DNA of 64,000 bases from Selaginella moellendorffii (Eukaryota > Plantae > Lycopodiophyta), in the NCBI RefSeq assembly GCF_000143415.4, contig NW_003314261.1, forward strand, positions 3,712,880 through 3,776,879. Direction: 5' to 3'. How positions within the stretch are numbered: the first letter of the stretch is position 1; every line of letters begins with the position of its first letter. Shown here in pieces: positions 1 to 13,117 of this stretch. A program made the position numbers and the translations under genes. The notes below the pieces were generated by a model. It was not told where the DNA came from. It saw nothing but the letters and a program-made list of their open reading frames with translations, and searched no databases.

Positions 1-1326
1 AGTGCGTATGCACTGCAAGAATTTCTAACTGGAACAAGCAACAGCAGGCCGTCATTGGTAGCAGTTTTTCCCGACAGGAACGCACGATATGTCTATCCAG
101 ACGACATTCCTCTAAGTTTTGAAGGCCTTGTGGAATTCCTCGATGGAACTCTATCCGGTGGTGTCCTGGCTACGCTGAAATCAACTCGAGCTCCAGTTGT
201 TTCACGAAAAGCGGTCACACCTCCATTCGTGAATCGAGATTTTCACCGAACTCATCCCGTTCCTAGCGTGTCACTCGAGACGTTTCCAGAACTGGTGATG
301 GGATTTAGAAAAGGCCGGACAAATTCTTCTAAAAGCAGTTCGACTTCCTTGGTTATGTTTACGCTCCCATGGTGCGGGTTCTGCAAGAGAATGGAGCTTG
401 CTATGCATGAAGTATACAAATACTTCTTGATCCAGGGTAAAGACGGTAAGATTTGGATCAGCTACTCAAGAAGTTAACCTTTCCTTGTTTTGCAGATTCA
501 AAAAGCGTGGAGCTAATAGTTCCCAGCTTCTATCAGATGGACTGTGGAAGCAACGATTGTAGCCATATACTAGCAAATGTTGTGGAGGTAATGCACAAAT
601 TCATTGCGCATAGACACTCCTGTTTATAACGTTTTTTTTTTTCTTTTGTAGAATCAAGAGTTTCCATCTCTTCTATTATTTCCTTCGAAAGACAAAGACA
701 AAGTCTCCGTATACAAAGGTGCCCCGACGGTAAGCGGCATCCTACATTTTATCGCAAAGCACGGGACCTCGACCGTTCAGCCACCCTCGACGATAACAAT
801 CCAGCAAAACCTCGACGAGACTTCACAAGAGGGAGAACGCATCGGAATTGGTCACGTCCTTTTAGCCACCGAGAAACTTTCGGCCAACTCTCCAAACTTC
901 GCAAACTCGGCAGTCCTCATTGTTTCCGTGACAGACAACTACGTTGTGGGGCTGGTTATGAACAAGGACATGCCAAAGGAGGAACTTTTAGCTGTTGATC
1001 AGCGGCACAACGTGAAGATTGGCTACGGGGGACCTCTGTACACGCGTCCCAAGTACATATTCACCTTCACTAGGCTCCAGAACCTGGAAGGCTTCGGTAC
1101 AGTTTCGTATGGCCTCTCTGCGGGTGGTCCCTCTGCAACCGAGAAAGTCTTCGAAATTATTGAAGCCAACAAGCTGCCAGCGTCGGAGTTCAAGTTTGTA
1201 GCGGGGCATTGCGGGTGGACTCCACTGCAGTTACGGGAGGAACTAGCTGATGGTTACTGGCAGCTAACGCAATATCGAGAAGACATGTTTCAGTGGGAAG
1301 GCGAGCTGCAACAGACAAACACTTGA
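1..1326 (+). CDS. Thioredoxin-fold + C-terminal DUF179 (AlgH/UPF0301-like) protein, At3g19780-like; 5'-partial
   Basis: WCGFC thioredoxin motif in exon <1-445. GT-AG introns 446-495 and 588-651 join YQMDCGSNDC and EFPSLLLFPS. C-terminal GLVMNK/YGGPL/FVAGHCGWTPLQLREELADGYW is the DUF179 signature. Stop TGA at 1326. Confidence 0.85.
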
Positions 1327-2005
1327 ATTGCCGTGGAACGGTGGCTTCAAAGTTCAAAGGTAATGCTCTTTACTCTCGATCCAAAAGCTGCTGACCAGTG
1401 GCTTTTTCAGGTGGATCGATCGAGCTTGGACATGATCAGGAACAAAGTGCCGCGGATCACGATCATGCTCTGCAGCTTGTGGTATGAGTCAGTCCGCTTT
1501 TTTTTCCCTCTTTTTCTTTTCCATTTATTTACTCCTCTTTACTTTGGTTTTTGCAGCCGAAGAATTAAGAAAGAGAGCAGAGTCACCGTCTCACTTTTCC
1601 CAAGATTTAAAAGATACCAAGGACAACACAACAGGCAGAGAGGGAGGGGCGCTGAAAACATTCAAGCCAGTGTGACTCATTGGTTGAAGAACAGCGTGCA
1701 GTAAGGAGCCAGCGGCAGTGGATTGCGCACCGTGGTGTTACCGTTGAAGGAGATGCTCTGGGATTTGGTCACGAGTATCCGACCGACCCTCGGCTCACGA
1801 GAGGAGCGGAGGCTAGAGTGAGATAGACTAGGCAGAGACAGGAGGAGCATCGTAACCCCGTGGCATGGTGGTAGTGGTAGTAGCGCTAGCGTAGAACTCC
1901 GCGCTGTTTAAAAGCCGAGCTCGGTGGTGGATCACGGCAGTGGGCTTGTGTGGTGAGAACTTCAGGCACGGCGATCACGCACTCTACTCCGGCTGAGAAG
2001 TTTTG

Positions 2006-2606
2006 ATGGATCACTTCCAGTTTTTCCAGTCTCCAGTTGCTTCCGCGAGGGAGTGGTGGTATAACAGAGTGTGGAAGGAGGAGCCGTATGACGATGGCGA
2101 CGATGAAATGGAGGATCGGCTCAAGGACTCGGACGACACGAGCAGCCAGTACTCTGAGGTTCTTCCGTCTTCTTAGTCTCTTCTCGCTTCGCTTTGCTCA
2201 CTAGTGAATCCTTGGGCAGAATGTCGTTGTGCTGAAGGTTGGGATCCATTGCGAGGAGTGCAAGAGGATCGTAGGAGACGCTCTCTGGGCTATGCAAGGT
2301 AACTCCACTCTTTTTCTTCTCTTGGGCTTAGCTCTTTCAATCGATTCTTTGTTTTGGAGAACAGGAGTGGATCGAGTGGATGTTGACAAGCTGCGACAGA
2401 AGGTCACTGTGACCGGCAAAGTGAGCACCAAGCGAGTTCTTCGCACCGTTCAGAGGACTGGGAAGCGCGTAGAGCTGTGGAAGATTGGAGGAGATTCTAA
2501 GCGAGAGGCCAGTAGCTCTGAGATCTCTGCTGCTCATTCTCATCACGTAGGAGCCGCCAACGAAGACGAGGAAGAAGAAGAAGAGTCTCTTTGCACGATA
2601 ATGTGA
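2006..2606 (+). CDS. Heavy-metal-associated isoprenylated plant protein (HIPP)
   Basis: Exons ~2006-2158, 2220-2298, ~2365-2606. HMA domain VVLKVGIHCEECKRIV...GVDRVDVD..QKVTVTG; C-terminal CaaX motif CTIM-stop. Confidence 0.9.
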
Positions 2607-2835
2607 AAGAGAGAGAGAGTGGAGTCTTTGCTTTGTAAATCCAAAGAATGCTAAGTATTGCTGCTTGGAATTCTACTCTAGGAAAGAGGTTTTGTCGAAT
2701 CCAACGGCCGGGATTTGAAGTACAAGTGGAAGGTCCGAGTTTAGGGCTCGTGGTTTTAGGGCGGTGTGATGACGAGCGCGAGCGCGAGTGCGAGTGCGAG
2801 CGCTTGGCGAATGTAGTCTCGATCCATTCTTGCCG

Positions 2836-5800
2836 ATGGAAGAAGCGTGCTGGCACGATTGGACGACAGTGGAGGTAATTCTCTCGGATTCGCTCGTGAG
2901 ATTTGGTTTCTAGCTATGTCCGATGAAACAGGCTAAGCAGGTTGTCCAGGCCGGTCCTACCGTTAGCAAGCACGGCTATGGATTGCTGCTGCCCGGCGAG
3001 GATGCAATTGCCGAGGTAGAAATTTCGAGCTCGCCGCGTTTGTTGAATTAAAGAGATTGCTGTGATTTTTTTTCCCAGAGCTCGGGTGTTCTTCTTGTGA
3101 ATATCGATCGACCAGGGACGCTACTGCTTACAAGCTTTCGTCTAGTGTTTTTGGTACTTGTTTCTCGGAATATTTTCTTTCTCATAGCGTTTTCTTTCCA
3201 GCATGGAGAACAGGTGTGCAACATGGGAACCATACCTTTGGCGACAATCGAGAAGTTCTCAAAGCAGGTAGAAGTGCTTTCCTTTTTTTTTCGTTTTCTA
3301 TCCAATCTATTCAGGGCTAATGCAACTAACCTTTGGTATAGCAAGCAGTTCGTCCTCCTGGACCTCGGAGCTCTATTTCTCCGCGTCGGCTCTTGCAAAT
3401 TGTTGGGAAGGACTTGAGGACCATTGTGTTTGGATTTTCTCCTCATGTGAAGCATGTAAGTACTAGTCCGAGAATGCTGGCATTATCGTAACTCTTTTAT
3501 CTCTTTTAAATGCAGAGAAGGATCATCTTTGATGCTCTTCAAAGATTAACAAGGCCAGCAAGGTTGTGGGACCTGTATGCTTTTTCAGCGGAATGGGCCA
3601 AATCTTGTCTGGGATTCGACTCGGATCCCCGGGTACGTCTTCAAAGTGAATACGAGCGCATCATTTCACATCACAAAAGCTACTGGACCTTAAGTGATGT
3701 GAACTCCGACTACATGCTCTGTGCAACGTATCCTTCACTTCTTGTGATGCCAAAGTCACTGAGGTAACGCTCTTCTCTAGCTGCTTTGCCTTCAATCAAT
3801 GTTCTAAACAATTTCTATCGGCTAGTAATGAAGAGTTTCAGCAAGGAGCAGATTTTCGTGCCCGTGGAAGGCTGCCTACGTTGAGCTGGCAGCATCCAGG
3901 TTGGTGAGTTGCACATTGCTCCTCGTTTTCTTACAAGAAGTTTGTAAACTAGATAATGGCGCTGTGCTTGCTCGATCGTCGCAACCTCTTGTTGGGATCA
4001 TGATGAACTCCCGCAGGTATATTTTTTCTCTAGACATTGTGTGATATAATAATCGATTCGTGTCTAGTATTGCGGATGAGAAACTAGTTGCAGCTCTTTG
4101 TGGGCGCCGAAGGTAAAATCTTGCTGACGCCATTTTCTTATTACCGAACGCTCAGTTGTGATCCAACAGAAAATTGTATATAGTTGATGCACGACCAAGG
4201 AAAAATGCTCTAGCCAATGGGGCCATGGGTGGCGGGTCGGAATCTTCTGCGAACTACTCTCACTGCGAGGTGAGCTGCTGCTCTACAATCTAAAGTATTT
4301 ACTTGTGTTTCTCCTGTGCAGGTGGTATTCTTAGGAATTGATAACATACATGCGATGCGCGATAGTTTAGGACGCTTGCGTGATTACTTGGACACTTTTG
4401 GCGCGTCATCCTCCGATGGGTCCTCATCACTATTGGTATGAGATTTCTTTGAAGCAAATACATAATCAAACACGACTTTCAGAGAGGTGGTGGGTCAATA
4501 TGGGGAGGTGGCAATTTCAGTAGCACAGCAGCGGCTGTGTCGGCTCTTGGCGATAGTGGTTGGCTTACGCATATTCACAATCTTCTTGCTGGTGCTGCTT
4601 GGATTGTCGCTCGTATTGCTGTCGAGGGCGCATCTGTTCTTGTGCATTGCAGGCAAGCAATATGTTCAGCTTAACTATGTGTTGACTTGTCTCCCCTCGC
4701 AGTGATGGCTGGGATAGAACGACTCAGCTTGTGTCACTAGCGCAACTTATGCTTGACCCGTACTACCGGACCTTCGCTGGATTTCAAGTAAGCTTTCCTG
4801 TTTTCTTTTATGTTGGTTCTTATGGCATGTTTTGTAGGCATTGATTGAAAAAGATTGGCTGGCATTTGGACACCCGTTTGCGGATCGCTTGGGAACGCCT
4901 ACAATGGCCAGTAGTGAGTCTGTGCGTTCCACCCCAGCAGCTCCTGCACGGCCACATCCCAATCCGAACACTACCTCGGGAACAACATATGACACTTCTC
5001 CAATATTTTTACAGGTTCGCCGGAAAATATTTTGTACTTGTCTCATTCTATCATGTTACAGTGGTTCGATTGCGTGTCTCAACTTGTTCGACTATACCAT
5101 CGGGCATTTGAATTCTCTGGGGTAAATCTTGTAGGTGCGGCTATTGCGGATCACTGACGGATTTTGTGTAGGCGTTTCTTGTCGAATTCATGGACTCCGT
5201 TCTATCTTGTCGTTTCGGGAACTTCTTATGCAACAGGTAATTGGTGCTTTTTCTTGGGCTTCAACTCACTAAAACACGTGGTGTTTCAGTGAGAAGGAAA
5301 GGGTCCAAGCTCGGATCGCCGAGAGTGCTTGCATTTGGACTCACTTCAGAAGATTGCAATCTGTGGAAAGCAAGTACAACAATTGCTTCTATATTCCTGC
5401 GTCAAGATTGTTACCTTCGCCAGCTGCGCTAGCTCCGTCTCTGTGGCCAGAGTATTATTTACGCTGGAATTTCCATCCTGAAAAGAGGTAAGCATGATTT
5501 GCATCGCGTTTTCTCAGATGGACTTCGGTTTTTGCATCAGCTCGGGGTATTCGCTCCAGGATCACATCCAAGACGAAATACGTGGGATGTTTCAACGCGC
5601 ATCTTCTTCAGAGCAGGTAAAACGCACAGTATTTTCTTGTTGCACATCATATGGCTTGTACTCTCAATACGCGCAGGGCAAGAACCAGGCCGAGAACAAG
5701 GTCCAGAACCTCATGAGCATTATCGACGCTCTCCACGACGAGCTGGAGGGCGAGAAGCGAGCTCGAGCCCTGGCAGTGGCCGACGCAATCCGGGCACGCA

Positions 5801-6195
5801 AGGAGACGGCATTCATCAAGCACGCCGTAGAAACGCTTGGTTGCGAGATAAGTTTTCCCAGTCCAGAGGACCTTGGCATGCTAGAAACTCAACTCTACCA
5901 TCAGCGGCAACATCGCCATCGCCAGGAACAACAGGATCAAAGCTCCGCCGCCACCAACAAAGCCCCGGACGTGATCTCGGTCTCGGTGGTGTCGGGCATC
6001 GACATATCGGCGAGACAAGCCGTGAAGAAGGAAGCGCAGGGAGACGCCAAGGATTCGTGTAACTGGCCCAAAGCGCAGTGCCCGCGATCCGAGAGCGCAG
6101 TGGAGCAAATCCGTGTGGACTATGACGCGCTCGAGCAGCTCTCCATGGACGATCTTTACTTCCAGTCATCACTGCAAGCTCCTCGCCTCACTTAG
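2836..6195 (+). CDS. MTM1: Myotubularin-related phosphatidylinositol-3-phosphatase (multi-exon)
   Basis: [63 protein letters not shown], spliced catalytic [32 protein letters not shown]; C-terminal coiled coil. Confidence 0.93.
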
Positions 6196-6784
6196 AGAAA
6201 AGAGAGGGAATTTTTGTTAATACATAAACACGGGATTTCCACCTCCACCGTTGGATTTGTGGGTGGGGTTGGACGGTCGCGATTCGCTCTTGTCAAGCCC
6301 TAACATGTTGAAGGGCTTCTTCAACTTTGAAGAGGGAGACGGCCCGTGGCTGGGGAGGACGACGGGCAGCATCGCAATGGTCAGTGACGGCTTTGCCATT
6401 TCTTCATCACTTTTCAATGCCCTTCTCTTCCCCCCTTCTTTCTCTTAATTTCGTTGGGGTCTTCGTGCTCGATCCATCGCTGCCGCGCCATGGCGCCCCA
6501 ATCCCCCGCCGGCGCGGCGATGGCGAGGCGCCGCGGGAATGCTGCGCCTTGGATCGCCGCGCCGGGGTGGAATGTGGGGGCATCAGGGCTTGGTAGTGTG
6601 ACTAGTGGTCATTAGCTGGATTAACATTGTGTGTTCTTCCAGATCCAGGTTGAATCGATTCACACCTCCTCCATCCGCAAAGCTATATGATCAGGTATCA
6701 CCAAAATAAGAAAGCTGTAAGCGAAAAAAATTCATTCCTTTCTTTCTCAGCTGGACGGAGTCTCTCGTGAAGAACTTCGAGGGG

Positions 6785-8374
6785 ATGTCTGGCCCGGCTC
6801 CAGGTTCCAGGCCTCGAGGGCGGCCCAGAAAAGATGCGGCGGCAACCACAGCGGGAAGATCCGTCGTCGTTGCTCCAGGTTTAGTGCCTTTCGCTACGTC
6901 CTCGAATCTCACACAGCAGCAGCAGCAGCAGCACTCTCAGCAACAGCAGCAGCATTCCCAGCAGCAAGACGATCAGCACGCAAGCCAGCAAACCATCTTC
7001 CACCAGCAGCTACGAATCCACCACGAAGACGACGACGAGGAAGAAGAAGTTGACGAAGAAGTCCACCACCACCACCCTCATCCCCATCACCACCAACACC
7101 AGCATTCCCAGCAGCAGCAATCGCAGTCCCAGCAGCAATCACAGCCCCCGCAGCAACCATCGCAGCAGCAGCAGCAAAACTTGGATTGCGCGGAGGAAGA
7201 CGAGTTCCTCGTCCGGAAGAAGAAGGAGATCAAGAGGTCGTGGCGGGAGGAATGGAAGCTCCAGCACAAGTGGGTGTATCCGGTGAACAAGGAGAGCGGC
7301 GAGCTGCGGCTCAAGTGCCAGTGGTGCACCACTTACAACATGGACAATGTGTTCGCCAAGGAAGGGTGTAGCACCATTCAGCTCAGCGCTCTCAACACGC
7401 ACGCCAAGTCCGAGGCTCACAAGACGGCCGAGAGCCGATGGGAGAGCTCCGACGCCGCCATCACCGGCTTGACTGTTCTTCCCGACAACCTCTGGGGCTT
7501 CGGTAAGATCACAGACCCTCTCTCTTACTCTCTGTCTGTGAGTTCTCTCTTTTCGTCCTGTTTGTTTCCTTTCTCTCTGGTTTTCTATGTTTTCTCGTGT
7601 TCTTAGTTCTCTCTTTGTTTTCGAGCTTGAATTTGGAGTGTGATCGATCAAAGTTGCTTGGAGCTTGTGTGTTTAGTGACAAAACCGAGCTTTTAGCTCG
7701 AGATCTCTGCCCTTTTGCTTTCGTGCTTTCGTCGCGTTGTCTTCGTTGTTTTGTTTTGTTTTGATTGTTTGGCAGTGTGTGCTTAGACCTTGAACAAGAG
7801 CCACCGGGGGGTGATCGCACTCTCCCTTGAGATGACAAGCTTGAGTTTAAAACTCTCGCCTTTCATCAATCCAGGTGCTAAAGCTGGTGCTGTGGAAGGC
7901 GATGCAGGAGATCAGGGAGGAGGACTAGACGGGCCGGAGCTACACGGATCATCCACGGCGGCCGCAGCAGCAGCAGCGGAGATGAATCGCAAGAGGAAAG
8001 CAGCAGCGGCAGCAGGCCATCAACACCACCACCATCCATCGTCATCCTCGCCAGCAGGAGCAGCAGGGGCAGGGAGAGGAAGCAGCGAGAGCCTGGGCGG
8101 CATCTTGCAGAAGAACAACAGCCGGATCGTGGAGGTGCTGCTGGAGGCGGAGAGCGGGAGGAACCGGCGGCACGCCGTGGACGTGGGGCTGGCCAAGAAG
8201 CAGTACGCGCTCGAGGACCAGCGGCAGCGCCTCGACGGCGAGCGGCTCCAGTTCGAGCGCGCGCGGCTGGACGCGGTGGTGCAGCTGGGCCAGCAGTACA
8301 ACGCCGCGCTCGCCAACATCGGCAATGGCCTCCTCAAGATCGGTGCCGCGCTCGAGCAAGCCAAGAAGCCCTAG
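6785..8374 (+). CDS. Poly-Q/His protein with hAT-type (TTF/C17orf113-like) C2H2 zinc finger and C-terminal coiled coil
   Basis: Exon 6785-7502, intron 7503-7874 (GTAAG..CCAG), exon 7875-8374. RPRGRPRK AT-hook; WREEWKLQHKW...LKCQWC...FAKEGCSTIQLSALNTHAKSEAHK finger; NRKRK NLS-like motif. Confidence 0.75.
6913..7177 (+). repeat. Coding CAG/CAC trinucleotide tracts (poly-Q, poly-H, acidic run)
   Basis: Repeated cagcagcag and caccaccac runs inside exon 1 of the zinc-finger gene. Confidence 0.9.
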
Positions 8375-8380
8375 TGGCCA

Positions 8381-8502
8381 TAAACCCTAACTTTCGAGTT
8401 CGAAATCTTAAAATGCTCGCGCGTTAAAGCTGACGCGTGGCTTGCAGGGGGCCTGTACACGTGGCGTCTCTTTGGCTAAACCGTGCGTCTCTACTACGTG
8501 GC
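8381..8502 (+). promoter_or_regulatory. TPI promoter: telo-box plus ABRE/G-box/CE3-like cluster
   Basis: AAACCCTAA at 8382, ACGCGTGGC 8433, CACGTGGC 8458, TACGTGGC 8495, all 100-220 bp upstream of the TPI ATG. Confidence 0.5.
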
Positions 8503-8603
8503 GGTTTAATCTCTTGTGTTCCAGTTACAAAGGAAATCTCTCTCCTTTTATTTTAGGGCGGATGCGTAGTGTTGCTTGCTGCTTTGCCGCTTGCAAGCCA
8601 AAC

Positions 8604-9860
<1,257 letters not shown>

Positions 9861-10144
9861 GCGCTGAAAACAGCAACTTCCATCGTTTCCCATCTCCATC
9901 CGGCGAGTTTCATTCGTTTAGCTATTTATTTTCCTTGGAACTGTGAGGAATTAGAGTTTGTTTACCATCAAAGAACATTCAAACTCAACTAGCAATAAAA
10001 CAGCTTTTCTCTGATCTTCCAATCGAGTTGAGACAAACAAAAGACAATCCCACTAGCAACGTGGTGGTCCAGAAGCACTGACTTGGAAATTCTCCTCTTT
10101 AAATGCCTTCGAGGCCAAATCTCTTGATTTAAGAGCGAATAGAA

Positions 10145-10724
10145 ATGTCGGCTGGGACGCTAGAGGTTTTTCTCATCGGCGCTACCGACATCAAGAACTG
10201 TGACATCTTGGGTACGAGTTTTCTTCCATTCTCTGATTCTTCTTCATCCTCTCTTTCTTCTTCTTCTAGGGAAATCGGACCCCTATGCGATCCTCAAGTT
10301 CAAAGGCCAGAGTTTCCAGAGCAGCACGGCCAAAGGTAAAGCTCTCATAGTTTTTTCTCTTATCTAGACCTTGTCTTCCATTGTCCAGGGCAGGGCTCCA
10401 CACCGAAGTGGAACGAAAAATTCGTGTTTAGCCTCGAGGGTGAGAGCGACGTTCCTCTGGAAGACGAGACCATGTTTGTGAAGCTGTTCGACAAGGATCA
10501 CGTCGTTGGCAGCGACGATTTCATTGGGACCGTCAGGAAAGCTTTGTTTTTTTCTTCTCAGACTTTGCTTTCTAGAGAGAGTAGTAACATTTCTTTCAAG
10601 CAGAGTTCCTCTGGGACAAGTTCTCGCCAGCAAAGTCGACGGTCCCAACGCGTACGACGTAATCCTCCCGGCCGGGATAATCCAAGGCAAAGTCAAGCTC
10701 TCCATGAAGTTCAAACCAGCCTAA
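10145..10724 (+). CDS. Small single-C2-domain protein (elicitor-responsive protein-like)
   Basis: Exons 10145-10211, 10270-10335, 10389-10536, 10604-10724: GTLEVFLIGATDI, GKSDPYAIL, GSTPKWNEKF, LFDKDHVVGSDDFIG. The third intron has a non-canonical donor (see findings). Confidence 0.85.
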
Positions 10725-10791
10725 TATTTATTAGTAGAATGATAAATTTCGGTTGGACTTCTCTTCTGACTCCGTGTTCGAACCCATTCTA

Positions 10792-12420
10792 ATGGATCCA
10801 TGTAGGCTACTTGCTCTTGTCCTGCTTGTCAGAATTGTTTTTCATGCAGGTGCTGAAGATTCAGAGGTGAAAGCACTCTTAAACTTTAAAATTTCTGTGG
10901 ATGATCCTCTTGCGGCACTGAATGACTGGAAGGCAGGCACAAACGTTTGCCACTGGATTGGTGTAAGTTGTTCCTCAGTAGGGCGGATCACTGGCATACA
11001 GATTGATTCTCTGTCACTTTCGGGCACAATCCAAGGCAACTTGTCTGCTTCGGGGAACAACTTCACTGAGATCCACATATCACCACAGAAATGCTCTTTG
11101 GAGGTCCTCGACTTGTCAAGCAACAATTTCACTAGTGATTTTCTAGATATTCTTTTGGTTACGTGCAAAGGCATCAGGCACTTGAACCTCTCATAAGAAA
11201 TTTTTTGCTGAAGGGATCAATTGGGCATGCTATGGTTTCGGTTGATTTATCTCACAACAGAATCAGTGGCTCGATACCTGCTTCCATTTTCGCATCGTGC
11301 AAGAGCTTGCGGTTTCTAGAAATCTCGAGCAATCAGCTGGTTGGAGGGGTGCCTGAAGATATGTTTATAAACTGCAGAAGCTTACAAGAGCTTTCACTGT
11401 CGTCGAATAATTTGACAGGGGAACTCTCTGGTCTACGTTCATCCAACAGCCTTCAGAAGCTCAACCTGTCTACCAACGTTTTCACATCATTTCAGATCGA
11501 GCACTGTCCTAGTCTGGAGGAGCTGGATCTCTCTTTTAACAACATTTCTGGGACAGTTTTTCGGAAGGATTGTCAGTTTTAACAATATCACAGGTGTTAT
11601 TCCTCAGCAGATATCTTGGCTGAAGAAACTCTGCTTGCTGTTTCTGAGCAACAACATGATATCTGGAGCAATCCCCGCATCTATTGGAAGTATGCTGAGC
11701 CTTCGATTTCTCGTCCTGGGTCACAACAAGCTTCAGGACGGTCTATCAAGTGAGCTTAGAAACAACAAGGGTCTAACTTTGTTTTTAGTGAACGACAATC
11801 AGTTGACAGGACAAATTCCAAGCTGGATCGGGCTATCCATCTGCAAAGCTTCACGAGGAGGTTTTCATACTGCAGGGGATCCGCTTGGATGACTTTGAGC
11901 ACAAAGATGGCTCTTCCTGGTACCTCCCAGTTCCAACTTAACACCATATACTAACGTCAACAGTCTTTTGATTCTTGATCTCTTGCACAACACCTTCACA
12001 GGCACTAACTCACTGATATGCGAGACTTATATGTGCTATTTCTCAAACACAACTTACTTACAGGGGCCATTCCTTCCATAATTGGAAACCTCAAGAACCT
12101 GGAGTGGCTAGATTTATCACAGAACTGGCTTGAATCACACATCCCGGACTCGCTTGGCAACCTCACCTTCCTAAAACACTTAAACATCTCGTAGAACAAG
12201 CTTCTCGGAAGGGTTCCACCGGGTGGTCAGCTTGCAACATTCCCGGTGAGCAGCTATGAAGGAAACCCAGGACTTTGTCCTTGCTGAGTGTGCTGGTTTG
12301 CTTAATCCTTTGTAAGATGATGATCAAGGTGATGGTGGTGATGGTTAAATGATTCTGGTTGCCATTATTAGTGGTGGTGCTTCATTCCTACTATGGACCT
12401 TTGTAGTTTTCTTCAGTAGG
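10792..12420 (+). pseudogene. Decayed LRR receptor-like protein, paralog of 13118-15203
   Basis: Near-identical signal peptide, LRR N-cap (ALLNFK..DDP...WIGVSC) and C-terminal LRRs, but with deletions, frameshifts and in-frame stops (e.g. 11196, 11582, ~12193). Confidence 0.88.
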
Positions 12421-12721
12421 CTTTCATTTTAGTATAAATTCATTATTTGGTAATAAAGGTTTTGTGGTTCTCACCATGATTTCCACAGCAAGCTCTGTTC
12501 CCTGCGTCCTAGACCTTCTGAAAGTTTGTTGCTTTCGGAAGACCTTCCAATCCATAGAAAACAGTCAAGCAGGACCTCTCAGCTCACATGTCCTGATCTG
12601 GGGATAGGCCACTTGTTTAAAAACGAGTTTATAAAAGGATCCAGTGTTTTTGTGTTGCTTTAGATGTATCTTTGTACTCAATATGGCATTTGCACTTGGT
12701 CAAGCGCTTTCTCCACCGTCT

Positions 12722-12790
12722 GAGCAGCTACTGGCAGGATCGATCGACCGCGCTGTTAAGAAGCCAAGCGCAAGATCACACACCAATAGT
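12722..12790 (+). pseudogene. BAHD acyltransferase fragment
   Basis: gagcagctactggcaggatcgatcgac...aagaagccaagcgcaagatcacacaccaa aligns by eye to 16955-17028 of the BAHD gene. Confidence 0.8.
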
Positions 12791-13117
12791 AGTGCGGAGC
12801 TCCAGGGAAACGACTCGGCATGAATGGAGAGGGCAACTGAAGCATATTCAGCTTGTAAAAGATAGAGCGCGTCTAAAGAGAACAATCTTGGTGGTGCTAC
12901 GATCGTACCCGTCTATATCGATCCGCCTTGATCGACGGTGGAGATGTTACATGGGAAACTTCTTTTCTTTTGACTCTTCTTATGCCGTGTTCAAGCTCAT
13001 TTCTCAAGAACCAGCCAGTCAAAGTCATGTGTGAATACTCTCCAGGTCTGACTGATGCTTGGTGGCCTTTATATGATCACAAGCACCATTCATTTATTTT
13101 ATTGTTGTTGCATTCTA

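Noticed and set aside
1333-1704. 123-aa ORF downstream of the DUF179 gene
   Set aside because: GTG start, intron/UTR-like T-rich composition, no domain.
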